Source: Paragordius varius
Lineage: Eukaryota > Animalia > Nematomorpha
Assembly (NCBI GenBank): GCA_964247055.1
Contig: OZ176055.1
Coordinates: 4,340,001-4,404,000 of the forward strand
Direction of reading: 5' to 3'
DNA length: 64,000 bases
Shown piece by piece: positions 11,556 through 23,905 of the stretch. The stretch's first letter is position 1, and the number at the start of each line of letters is the position of its first letter. Below the pieces are notes generated by a model. That model saw only the letters and a list, made by a program, of their open reading frames with translations, was not told where the DNA came from and searched no databases. The translations under genes were made by a program, and so were the position numbers.

Positions 11556-12690
11556 GGCGCATTACACGGTGTCCAAAAAATATCATGATGAAATGCATTA
11601 ATAAAAAGATTATAAGGTATTACCTATATTCTGGGAAAATGTATCAGGATTTTCATGGTGCATTTGGTGTTGGCTCTTCCGTGTTCATTAAATTTACTCT
11701 TTGTGGTATCTGGTCCTTATAAAAACCAAAATTGGCTTAAATAGAATTCTATTGGTGAAAGCTAATTGCTTTATTCTAAAAATATTAGTAAAATATAACA
11801 TCTACATATAAAAAGCAAAATATTTTTATATTTAATTATAGATATGGGTTATCAAAGTCCAATTTTTTTCACTCTTTTAAAATGGGCATATTCTTTTTAA
11901 ACAAATGGATTGCGCGATAAAAATAAATTAATGCTAAATTTTGACACCAAAAAAAGTTTTTCCCGAAAAATGAATCTTTTGCTTAAAAATTCAATTTATG
12001 GCAAAATTTGTGGAACCCTAATTCATTATTTTAAGATATGATAGAAACGGTGTAAAAACGCTTTCTATTAAAAAATGCTATTAATTAGAATGCTGAACAT
12101 TTCTTTTATCTCAGAATTATAATTTAAAGTTCGTTTGCGTTTAGTTTGAGTGAATTTTAAAAAAAAATTTGTTTTTTAACATAAATTCGATGAACAAATT
12201 TTTAACGAAAATTCCGAGGCGATAGAATTGTTCAACATCAAATTATGTAGAAATAGTGTTAAATATCTTTAAGAGATTCTATCCGTTTCCATCATGCCAT
12301 AAAATAGTGTGCAGTATACACCTTAACAAAATTTTTCTATAAATTTTAAAGCAAAATCCATTTTTCGAAAAACCCTTTTTTCTCAATTAGCACATACTTT
12401 TGCGTTTTTAAATTAGCCCATTTTAAAGGGAAAAATTTAGAACTTTCGGAAACCACATTTTAAATTATTTTTCTTTTTTTACGTTTATGATATATATATA
12501 GTGATATTTTGAATGAAACTATTTTTCTAAAGGTGCGCAAACGCTATTTTTATATGGAGCAGTTACCACAAAAGTGCAAATAATTTCTTAAATCACTCGT
12601 AAGCGCCAAAACCAAAAGCACCATAAAAATCCTGATATTTCCTATCAGAATATATATACAATATTATCAGGATATTTTTGTACACAATGA
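11556..12690. mobile_element. Degenerate foldback/long-TIR non-autonomous element
   Basis: Left arm motifs (tcaggattttcatggtgcatttggtgttggc, ctctttgtggta, aaaatgggc, ttcccgaaaaatgaatcttttgctt, gatagaaacgg) recur in reverse complement at ~12280-12640 (ccgtttccatc, aagcaaaatccatttttcgaaaa, gcccattttaaa, taccacaaaag, gcgccaaaaccaaaagcaccataaaaatcctga). Confidence 0.65.
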
Positions 12691-13638
12691 TAAAAAAGTA
12701 AAATATCAGTTTTAAACCATTTTTTCTGAAAACACATAAACTCATTTCAATTCAATAGTATTTTTTCATTTATGCATAAATTTACCGATATATTCGGCCA
12801 TTCTAAATGTTTCAACCTTACCCCGTGTAAATATAGGGGTTACCTAATTCTCCAATTATATTATGCAATTTTACGGATAATCTGTAATAACATATAAATT
12901 CAATGATGCTAAAATACCTTTACAAAGGCGTGATTATGGTCGAGAGCCTCTTAATTAACTCATGAATAGAGTTCGATAAAGACCCTTACACCGAAATTGA
13001 GATTCTGAAAATATTCCTAAAAACTCATGATCAAAATTCAATTAGCGCCATTCGATTTTGCTTTACACACTGATCACGATACCTTCACTAATACAAAGGA
13101 CTCCTGTCCTAAAAAAACCGTTTAAAGTCTCCTTTTTCCTTTTTATATTAAAAGGAAAGTACTTAAATGTATCCATGATGGAAAATTGAGTTTCGATGTC
13201 GCACTCTGTACTCCACAAACACACACAGACACACACACTAGCAGTGTAAGGGTCCGACGCCTTATCTAATACCATCACGCTTCTTAGCCTACCCCTTATA
13301 TAAATAAACAAGTCCGCTATCCGCTCTTTGAATCCATTTTCCAGAAAACATGTGAAATCACCTATATTTAATTACAACCATTTACATTGCCTCATGAATG
13401 CGCTGATCTTAAGCTACTTTTTAGAATATTCCTGGTTACAGGCCCAAACTCCATAAAATAAGCCTCATTTTAAAAGAAAGTTGAGAAAAACTGCATCATA
13501 AAAAATATATTTTGATATTGAATACAAATAAATTAAATTGTTGCAATAAAGTAATGTACGTATGAAAAATCACGTTAGGAATCTGTTTATTAGGATATGT
13601 TTATATGCAACTTTTTTAATCTTGCAGAAAGTATATTG

Positions 13639-15013
13639 CAGGGGTGACCAACCTTTTTTATCCGCGGGCGCGTGTAAATATTAAGTATTAAAAGATTTAT
13701 TTATAACTTTTTAAAAAAATATATGTATCTCTCTATTTACGGACTGGGGTGACTAGCATAGGTCATTAAAAAATAAATATTACAAAAATAATTTTTATAC
13801 AGAATTTTAATTTTACCAAAATATATAATGATGATTCAAAAGACATCTGGTAAATAAGTATGCAAATACTAAAATATTACATTATTCAATTTACTAAATT
13901 TAAATGGATAATTAATGTACATTTTGCGATTAATTTCGGATGATTGAAGTAAAAAATGGATTGTAGCTCTTGGCAAAGATCTTTATAATTTACCACATTT
14001 TATGGATTACTGCACACCAGGTTTTAAATAATTGACATATGCTTCAAAATAGTCGTTAAATAGAAAAGAGTGCCGCACCGCACTTTTGAATTTAGTTAAA
14101 AGGAATTGGTGTTGGCATAGTTGACCAGTTAATATTGATGAAAGATGGTTAAGTCGTGCTGCAATTTTAGAAAGATTAAGACAATTTAAATAAAACTGCT
14201 ATTTAACAGACGAAAGATTATTTATGTTCACTATTAAAAGATCTAAAATCGCTTCTTGATCTTGCATGATGTAATATCTCAGAAAAATTGCACTTGCAAA
14301 CAGTATAAAACATTTTTTATGGAGTAATCCGAAATGCTTTTATAAATGTCGATGATATTGAAGAAAGATTTTTGATACATAAACTTGAATAGATTTTCAT
14401 GTTTTATCACCGTTTGTTAATATGTTGAATGTAAAACTGAAACTACCATTTTTAAGCAAATTTGCCAGATTGGATGTCGAATATAAACTCATCAATCGTT
14501 AACATTTGAAATTTTGGCTGAAAATTATCCTGATGTCATAATATGACGTAAATGTGGAAACACTTGATGTTTTTTTTTAAAAAATATTTAAGAAGATTTA
14601 TATGCAATTCAGAAAGTCTTTCAAAATTGGGTTCATATGAAGTCAGTGCAATCAGACAAGATTTCAAATGTTTAAAGTTAATCGTGATCTCTGTTTAGTT
14701 TTAATGACATTCATATGAGAAAAAGCCGATTCACATAAATATGTGGATCTGAAAAAAAGAATTGAAAAACGCAATAATTTTCCAAATATATAGGTATTTA
14801 TCTTATAATTTATATTATATATATATATATATATATACATATATATAAATATTTGTTAACAGGTAAATTTTTTCAAATACAAATGAAAATAAATTGTAAT
14901 TTTGGGAAAAAAACTTCTATGCAGAATTTTCTGACATTTTTCAGAAAATTCAGGCGATCACATTTTAAAATTCGCGGGCACGAAGTCAGCAATCGACCGT
15001 TTGGCCACCCTAG
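13639..15013 (-). mobile_element. Decayed hAT DNA transposon (CAGGGGTG-type ends)
   Basis: Ends caggggtgaccaac...ccgcgggcgcg and cgcgggcacg...gtttggccaccctag. The interior has stop-riddled fragments resembling hAT transposase (VRW-like and HCxxHQE-like remnants at ~14060-14280). No intact target-site duplication. Confidence 0.5.
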
Positions 15014-15339
15014 ATGAATATTGTAACCTAATTCACCAATAATTGTTTCAAGCCGAATAAGTATTTTTATATAGTCAAAATTCTTATTTATAACAATGTG
15101 AAAGAGATTTAATATTTAAGAAAGCAGTAAACGTTTAGTTCAGTTAATCCATACATCGTAATTTATGTATTATACACTTTTTAATGATCCCGTTTCTAAT
15201 GTCCATGGTTTATTAGTAAAAAATCACATTAAATTTTAAAATAATAACATTATTTTATATAAATAACCGAATTAAATATATAACACATATAATATAAATT
15301 TATTTTAGCAAAAAAACAAATTTAATATTGCAAATTAGA

Positions 15340-18300
15340 TCACATAGATAAAATACGTTTAAAAATATCTTTTAAACGATCACGAAGATCTTGTAAATTA
15401 GGAGTATTCAATGAATCATGTGTTTGTAAAGTATCAGTCTGAGATGAATTGTTGAAAAAGTTCGCATATCCCATGGCGATATATGCCCGAAAAAGGGAAT
15501 TAAAGGCTTTGCGAACGCCGACCAGACGAGCGGCTAAAAAGTACATAAAAAAATTAGAAATACAATGTGTGCTTTTTTAATATTTTAGGTTATATATAAA
15601 AAATTAAAATCTCCAAAAAATTACCACAATTCAATATAACAAGTTTTCTTAATACACTCATGATTTCGTACACTTAACTTTTTATATTAATTGCCTAAAG
15701 AAGTATATTTTATGTTTGAGTCAGTGTTTTATTTTACAGTGTAGTTTTAACATGCTGTATAAACTTTTGTCATACATATTAAAGATTTTACATTAGGGCT
15801 AAAAAAATATATACCGGTATCGGTATTCCTTGTTACAAATGTGACCAATGGATCCTTATCCAATATGATTGATGTTGAACCAATAACATGAGGCGATGTA
15901 TTCTGCCCAGATTTATTATTACCATAAAGTTCAATCTTTTGACCCGCACCAAGGAAAACTAGGGCTGATGGATGAAACGAAGAAATGTCCCTACACATGG
16001 ATATATTTTGTCGATGTGGAAGCTTTAACTTTAAAACACATACAAAAATTAATAGTAATATTTGAATAGGTTTAGTGGGTATTTTATAAAATGGTGAAGG
16101 ACTTTTTAAATAGCAGTTTTTGGTTTTTTTTATTTAAATAAGATATAAATTAAAATTATATGAAGGTCATGCTATACTGTAAAATATAGTTATAGCCCTA
16201 ATGAACGCTTTCTGAATTAAGGAATAGCCAATTGATTTTTTTATATACAATAGATATATCTATAGCTTTGTGCTGCATCTATATCAGATAGAATTTTTTG
16301 GTAATAAATAATTAAGTGAATTAATTATATTTCAAGAAAGATATAACTATAATTTATCAAATTGCAAAATAGGAATTTATTTTTACGTTACAATTAGATT
16401 GGCACAGGTTTGTCGTAAGAACTTTCATGCCGCTTTGTAAAAAATGCCTTTAAAAATCTTTTCATTATTATGAGTTTTCGAAAAACCCAAACTCAGAGCG
16501 ATGTTTATATAGTTATGTTAAAAAAAATTTTAAATGATGGAAAAGACTATGAAAATTTTAATTGTATCTATCTGAATATATTTCATTATTAATGATAAAT
16601 ACTGTATTTAAATATGTTATCCAATCTGTGTCATAATTTGATTTATCCGAACATAATGATTCCCCAGAAGGCATTATTAAAACTGAGCTATTGTCAATAT
16701 TCAAAGGATTATCTACAATAAAATATGGTTAAATTTGTAAAATCATTTAAATAGATAAAAATACATTGTAAAAACTTTATTTTTTGTTTTATATTTATAC
16801 TCGACAAAAATTACTAATAGTAATGGAAAATTCACGTTTTTAATAAATTAAATTATTGCTAAATTACATAACTCCAATTAATAAAAATAACACCTGAATT
16901 TCCCATACCATTATCCGTTTGTTCATCAATGTTATAGTTTGTGTACCTAAAATATAAGGTGTATTTGGTTAAACAAAAGAATATACCATGGATAAACATA
17001 ATTAATAATTTATTCATATATTTTGTTTGATTTGAATATGTATTATTATTTTTTGAAATTTTACAAATAAAATAAATGCAAGGGAAACCTTTTAGCCAAT
17101 AATCTGATTGTTTCTTTATAGAGCTTTCCTCTGCGAATATCACCATAAACAACTTTGGCTACGTTAGGGTAAAAACTGGAACCCAAAATTCCCTTTTTTG
17201 TTAAAAATATTTGATAACATAAAATATTACAACAACCGAAATCTTGTAAAAATTAATAAAAAGTAAGTACAAATGATTAAATTAACTTTTAAAAGTTTGA
17301 AATCATTTGCATCGAGAGAAAGGATAGGATCTATCTGATTTAGTTGCTCATTTGTCAAATTGTAAGTTTGATTTCTGTATACGAGTAATATTTATAAATT
17401 CGTTGTTTTAAATTTGTCAAAATCTACAACACCTTTTAACCTATAGGCCAAATAAAATAACATGCAATTATTGTCATAAATTTAAAAATCAAATAAAAAA
17501 GTTACCAAATATATTCTTGTTAGTATATGTTTATTAATAAAAAAAAATTTAAAATCAAAAAATCTAAAACACTCAAAATTTAATAATTCAAAATAATATT
17601 AATGGAAATAAACCTGTATTTCGTATGAGAGTTAGATGAGGTGCGCTCAAAAGCCATTAAACGATCATAAATATCGTCACTTAAAATGCCAGCCGACCGG
17701 GCCTCACCCAATAATTGAGATCTTATGCTATCAATAAAGGTTACATTTTTGGCATCAATACCATTTTCCTCTTCAAACAGAGTTTTATACTCGGGCCCCG
17801 TAAATTTGGCTCGTCGCCAGGCAGAATAGATGTTTAACTGTAAAATACCAATAATATATAATTTTACTTATTGCTTTTATTCGAATAAAATTAGATTATA
17901 TAAATAGAAATAAAGACAAAATGTATAAAGATGGCAAATATTTTTAAAAAAGTTACCCATAAATTTTAAAAGATTAATATTTTCTATACATGTATAATTA
18001 CAATATAATATATAATTGCATGTGTCACCAATTTACTTCTCCATTTCTTTTTCGCAAAAACGAGTGGTTATATTTGATACTTACATTTAAAAGAGGTTGA
18101 AAAAAAATATTTGCCTTTTAATTTTTGCGCTTTCCCTTCATAATATTGTATAAAAAATGTGATTTTACATGTGCTAAATGATCACTAGCAGGTGCAAGGG
18201 CATATTTTTCTTTAATGCGTTTCAATGAACCCAGCAAGTATTCCTCATTTAATTTCGCGTTATTTCGATTTGTGTTCGAATTATCGGTGGTAATATCAAG

Positions 18301-21300
18301 GCCGCCACCAAAATTGTTGAAATGAGCCGAATTCGAACTGTACAATAAACTTCGATTGTGGGACATTGAGGCTGTCATGTTAGCTATTTGATCCTCATAA
18401 CCCAAAAATGTGGCTTTTGCAAAAGCCAAAGCTAATCTTGGATGACAGTTCATAGTAATTAGGCGTTGTCCCAAATGAGTAAGGCTATAAACATTACAAA
18501 CACTGTATTAGACTATAAATTGATAGAATCTGTCATTTTAAAATAATTAATAGACAACGCAACTTTTGAGATTTTTATTGAAAAATTGCATTAAGATAGG
18601 CTAGATTGAGCAAAGTAACAGGTTTGACTGCTTACGAATGCAAAATCATTCATGCTCATAAGCAGTCATTACCACAAATCTAAAATAGTCATTCGATATT
18701 AAAGAAAATAAGTTGATGTTTGGCCCCAATAGTTTCAATAATATATAAATAACAATTAATTCAAATTCGTTATAATTAGTAAAAAGTTTTTCCACATTAT
18801 ATTTATGTTTTACACCTATATTATATTTATTTTATTCATATGAAAAAGGTATGTTTATAGTTTTTGACTACAGTTACAATGAGGAATCTATTAATATATG
18901 CATGCATAACCGATCAGACCCAAAGCCTATTGTAAGTTAATTCAATAATATATTTGAAAGTTATAGCTTGGTCCAAGGACATTATTGGATATTTAATGTG
19001 GAATTATATAGCAAAACAAATACTTTTCATCCAAATCAAGGAAACCCAATTCATGCGTAAGTATATCTATGGCAGACCGAACGCCACTTTGAGTTGGTGG
19101 AATAATAAGAGAACCTAAAAATGCTTCAATGTTAGTCGGCTCTTTCTCTCCAACATCGTTTTTGGTTGAATCGGTAGGTTTGCTTGTTTCCATATCAGAA
19201 GAATCGGTAATATTATTGTTATTAGAGTCAATAAGCGAAAGAGGTGTGTTTATATTTTTTGACTCATTATAATTGGAGCATAAGAGTTTTGTTTCGAGGA
19301 CTATTGTTTCCAAAGGTATTCTTTTATAATATATAAAAGTTTACATATATTAAAAACTTGTATAAGCCATGTAATCAAAAAGCTCCATTATCGTTTTATC
19401 ATAACAATAAAGTCCGTGATATCAGAAAAGTTTTATATATTTCGGTAAACAAATTTAAAGGTACATGAACTTATATAATAAAAATAAATTTATATGAGTA
19501 ATTAATCAAACATTAATTTCAACATAGTTTTATCTAATTTGTAGAGGTTATAATAAACTACATTTTACAAATTTAAAGGAAAATAAACTGCGAAACACTA
19601 AAATCATTGAATAAAATGTTTATAGAAAGCTTATATATCTCAAAAGTAAAGGGTGTCATGATTCATGGTTGATAAAATCCTTGCAAAAGAGATGTTTTGA
19701 CAGAACATCAAATATTAACTTTCAATATATTTAGATCAAAATATAACAATATATATATATCATTTACAATTCAAATTCACTCTCGAACAATTCAAATCCA
19801 CCCTCAAATAAAATATACGTTTTTTAAGATAAAAAATTACCTTTTGTATATATTTTTAAAAAATAAAAATTTTGTTTTAAATTAATGTAATACTAAAAAA
19901 ATAATAAACTATGCCATAAAGATATATTTTATAAATAATGAGTTATATTAGTTCGATACACATAATTTATTTTTTGTTCAAGAGTGAATTTGAATAGTTC
20001 GAGGGCAAATTTAAATTGTTCAATGGTGAATTTGAACTGTCATTGGTATATTTGAACACCTTAAAATTTCAGGCTCAGGATATGGTTGCATAACTTGAGT
20101 AAACGTTTCTCTCGGGTACAAATGATAACATTGGCCAGGGCGAGTTCGACCAGCCCGGCCAGCTCTTTGTTTAACGTTAGATTTGGCGGCCCAAACTGTG
20201 TCCAGGAATGAGATACCGGTCTCACTGTCATATCTGCGCCACATTATTATACTTTATTTTAAAACATAGAATAATAAATTATCAAAATTTTTAGGTTAAA
20301 ATGATTAACTTAACATTGAATTTTAAATTTGCGCAAAATTATATAAAAAAGAGAAAAGGAAAATAATTTATTTAAAGTATATCATCTTTGTTAAATGACT
20401 AAATTTCCATGTAAATAGCATGTCTGCAAATTTTTAAAAATCCTTGTAACTTAAACCGTAAAAATTTGGCGTTAAATAATATTCTTTCCTTCATATCTGC
20501 AAAATTATCAAATAAAAATAATAATCTGTTACCCTATAAATATCATATAAATTTGCCTGTTAAAAAATTATATATCAGAGTGTTTGTTATAACTTAATAA
20601 ATATTGAAAATGCGTTGAACAATAATAACACTTAAAATTTGGGTAGAAATGATTTTTTACATTTTATTGACAAATGTGTTAAACTAAGGCTAAAAATATG
20701 AAAAAACAATGCCAAATTTTTAATATTTTTAATTGTTATAAAATATGTGTTGACTTATGTTCTTTAGCTAATCCCGTATCTACGACATATGTCACATCAT
20801 TAATAGTTAAGGATGTTTCCGTTATATTTGTCGACAAAATAATTTTTCTTGTCATTGGGCTCTTGCCTAGGGCTTGGGGTGAGAAATTTGCTTCGGAAGA
20901 GCTATTTTGTTGTATCAAAGTTCTTACATCTTCAAACACACGTGCTTGTTCATCTTGAGGGAGGGAAGAATGGACTGGAATAACGACAATATCGCCTATG
21001 CAAAAAAAAATAGTTTTTGAAATAATAAAATTATTAGCAAATTGGTGAAACTTTTTTAGTCAAAAACCATATAAATAATTTTTTTATTATGATCTTAATA
21101 ACACGGGTTAGGTTTAACCTCATAAAATTGATATAATTGAAGGTAAATTGGTCAATGTAAATTTCCGTACACTGATTCGAAAACTATTTGTAAAAATTAT
21201 ATAAAATATGTGGACTATATGATCTAAATTTTTTTAGAAAACATTTAAAATGTCAATAGGATTTTAGATTTCATTTTTAAAAATTTGTAAAATGTCCAAA

Positions 21301-23869
21301 AAAAACCAATCGAATGAGATTAATAAAGCAATATCTATTTGCCTGACTAAAACAAATTTAACCGAATGATATGAATAAAAACGGTTGTTAAAATGTCAAT
21401 AATTATAATAAAAATATATGAGTAAATTTGTAAACTATGATGTATAATTTGTTCAAAATTTAATAATGGCGTAGTTAAAATCAAAATTTAACCCAAGCTC
21501 CCATCACCACTGACTTGTCCATAATTTTGTCCTTTTCCAGACATTCTGGCTTCTCGAATCCGTTGAATTTTAATGGCATTGGCCCATGTTTCAAGTTCAT
21601 CTCTGACACGTTTAATTTCTTGCCACCCAGGTAAAAATACCAAAATGGCTCCAGTTGATCCATTTTGATGATTTTCCTCCGTTTGTGTTTGTGATGAATT
21701 CATTACTAAACAATCTCGTCTATGGATGTACTTAATGGTATCTACGACGGTTTTAACGTCAAATTTGGGTTGGACATTATTGGAAACTTCATTTTTTTGA
21801 TTTGCCGTTTGAGTAGTTGTTCTTTGATGATCAATATCCTCGTTCACTATGTCATAAGTTGGTAATTTGTTAGCGGGTGATTGCAAAAGGGTTTGCTAAA
21901 TAAAATATAAAGCTTCTGTTGAATAAAAGGGATATAAAGGGTACTCTTTATAAATAAGATAAGCCAAAAAGTAAAAATATTCATCGGTTTAATATCCAAA
22001 TTTATTTCTTCTTTTTGTTACACAATATTAACAACAAATTTATCACTTTTTAATTGTGAAAAAACTGATATTAAAAAATCAATTTATTTTAAAAGTTCAA
22101 TAAAAGTACCGATATATGTTTCTGCATTATAGATTGAAAATCCGGAAGAAAATAAGATTCAACCGGATGAAGGCGACCTTGGACATTTATCACTGGGCAA
22201 TCGTCAAAATATCTAAATTTAAAAATGATATAACATAAAAATTCTATCATAGATTTTAGGATTGACTAGGGATCGCAATGACCGCTTATATAAATAAAAA
22301 CTTTAAACTTTTTAACAAATTAATATCACATAATTCAAATTATTGTATAGAAGTAAAAAACTTAATAAAAAAATAAAATTTTATTAAATTTGCATTAATT
22401 ATTCGTATTCAAACATTAACCTTTATTATTAGTTTTAAAACACCATATATTATACGTTTGTGGGAATACGACCTATTGATGATGTATTCATAAGCAACCA
22501 AACCGATTATTAATATTTGATCGGTCAAAAACCAACCACATATACAATTTTATAGTATCTATTAATAAATGTTTCATTCAAAAGTGTCTCATTATAATTC
22601 GAAAACCAAACTTATTACTTGGAAAATTTTTGAGCATCAATCGTAGCGCTCATAAGGACAACATGGAGAGGTATATGACCACTATTTTGAGCAATATTGC
22701 TATTTAGATCTTCATTAGATAAAATGGATTGCTGACCAAATGTGGCTGCTTTGTTTTTACGAACAATTTTCTTTAGAACCGCAAGGAGGAAATCGGTCAA
22801 AACATCGTGTTCATGTACCTCATCAACTATAATGTGGCTAACACCTAATATTTATTCAGCAATACACATAAATATATTAATAAAAAACTGAGATATTTAG
22901 ATATATTAGATGAAAAATGAAAAAAATCAGTTTGCAATCTTTTTTACAATCCTTTACCATAGGGTAAAATGGTTTTAAACATTAATAAAAGTTTAAAGTC
23001 CTATCTAGGGCTGACAGCGATAATGGAAAAACTGTGCAGTTTTGGATTAAAATTAACCAATTTACCAACAAGCCTTATTTTTAAAAAAATCTTGATAAAT
23101 ACTTACCCAAAAGGTCAGGATTCGTTTGTAACTTTCTCAACAAAATCCCAGGTGTGCAAAAAAAGATTGGAGCTATACACTTGTTGTCAATATTGTTTCC
23201 CATTGAAGAACCAAAAAAATCTCTTTTGTGGTGAGTATTAGTTTCATTAACATTATCGAACCAGGAACCGGTATTAGCGCTTGTATTATTCAATAAATCT
23301 AACCCAAAACGCGAATATTTTGGAAGTGATTGATAAAGACGGACTTGAAAACCAACGTTTGTGAAGGCATAATTGCGATCGGTTTGAGATGAAGCGTGAG
23401 TTGTTGGATCCAGGCCTAATGCTTGCATATCTAATGCATCTACCATCTTGTGAAAAAAAAGTAAGGGGACAAAATAAATTTATATTGGATGACTTTAAAT
23501 AAATATATGAAAAAAAGTTTATATTCATAAAATTTTCATTATATATTTTATATCTGCTAATAGCAATGATATAAGTAGTCCATTTATAAAATTTAATTAT
23601 TAGATATCTGATATCCATGATTCAAAATTGTTTGCGAAAGATGCAATTTTTCAATGATAAAAAATTAGATCAAATAGTCAATTTCACAATAAAAATATTT
23701 TATACATGATTGTAGACAAAAACAAATCATTTTTTCGCCTATTAGCTAATATTATAATTTTCCATTAGTAAAATAAAAAAGCTAAAATTAAGCCCTAATT
23801 AGTTATGGATAAGTGCATGTTTTACATTTGACTTCAATTAATGTTTAGCAACACCATTTATATATACAT

Positions 23870-23905
<36 letters not shown>

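Noticed and set aside
13190-13330. tRNA-like SINE head with a (GT)n tail on the minus strand
   Set aside because: Only a loose A-box-like resemblance, with no B-box and no second copy in the window.
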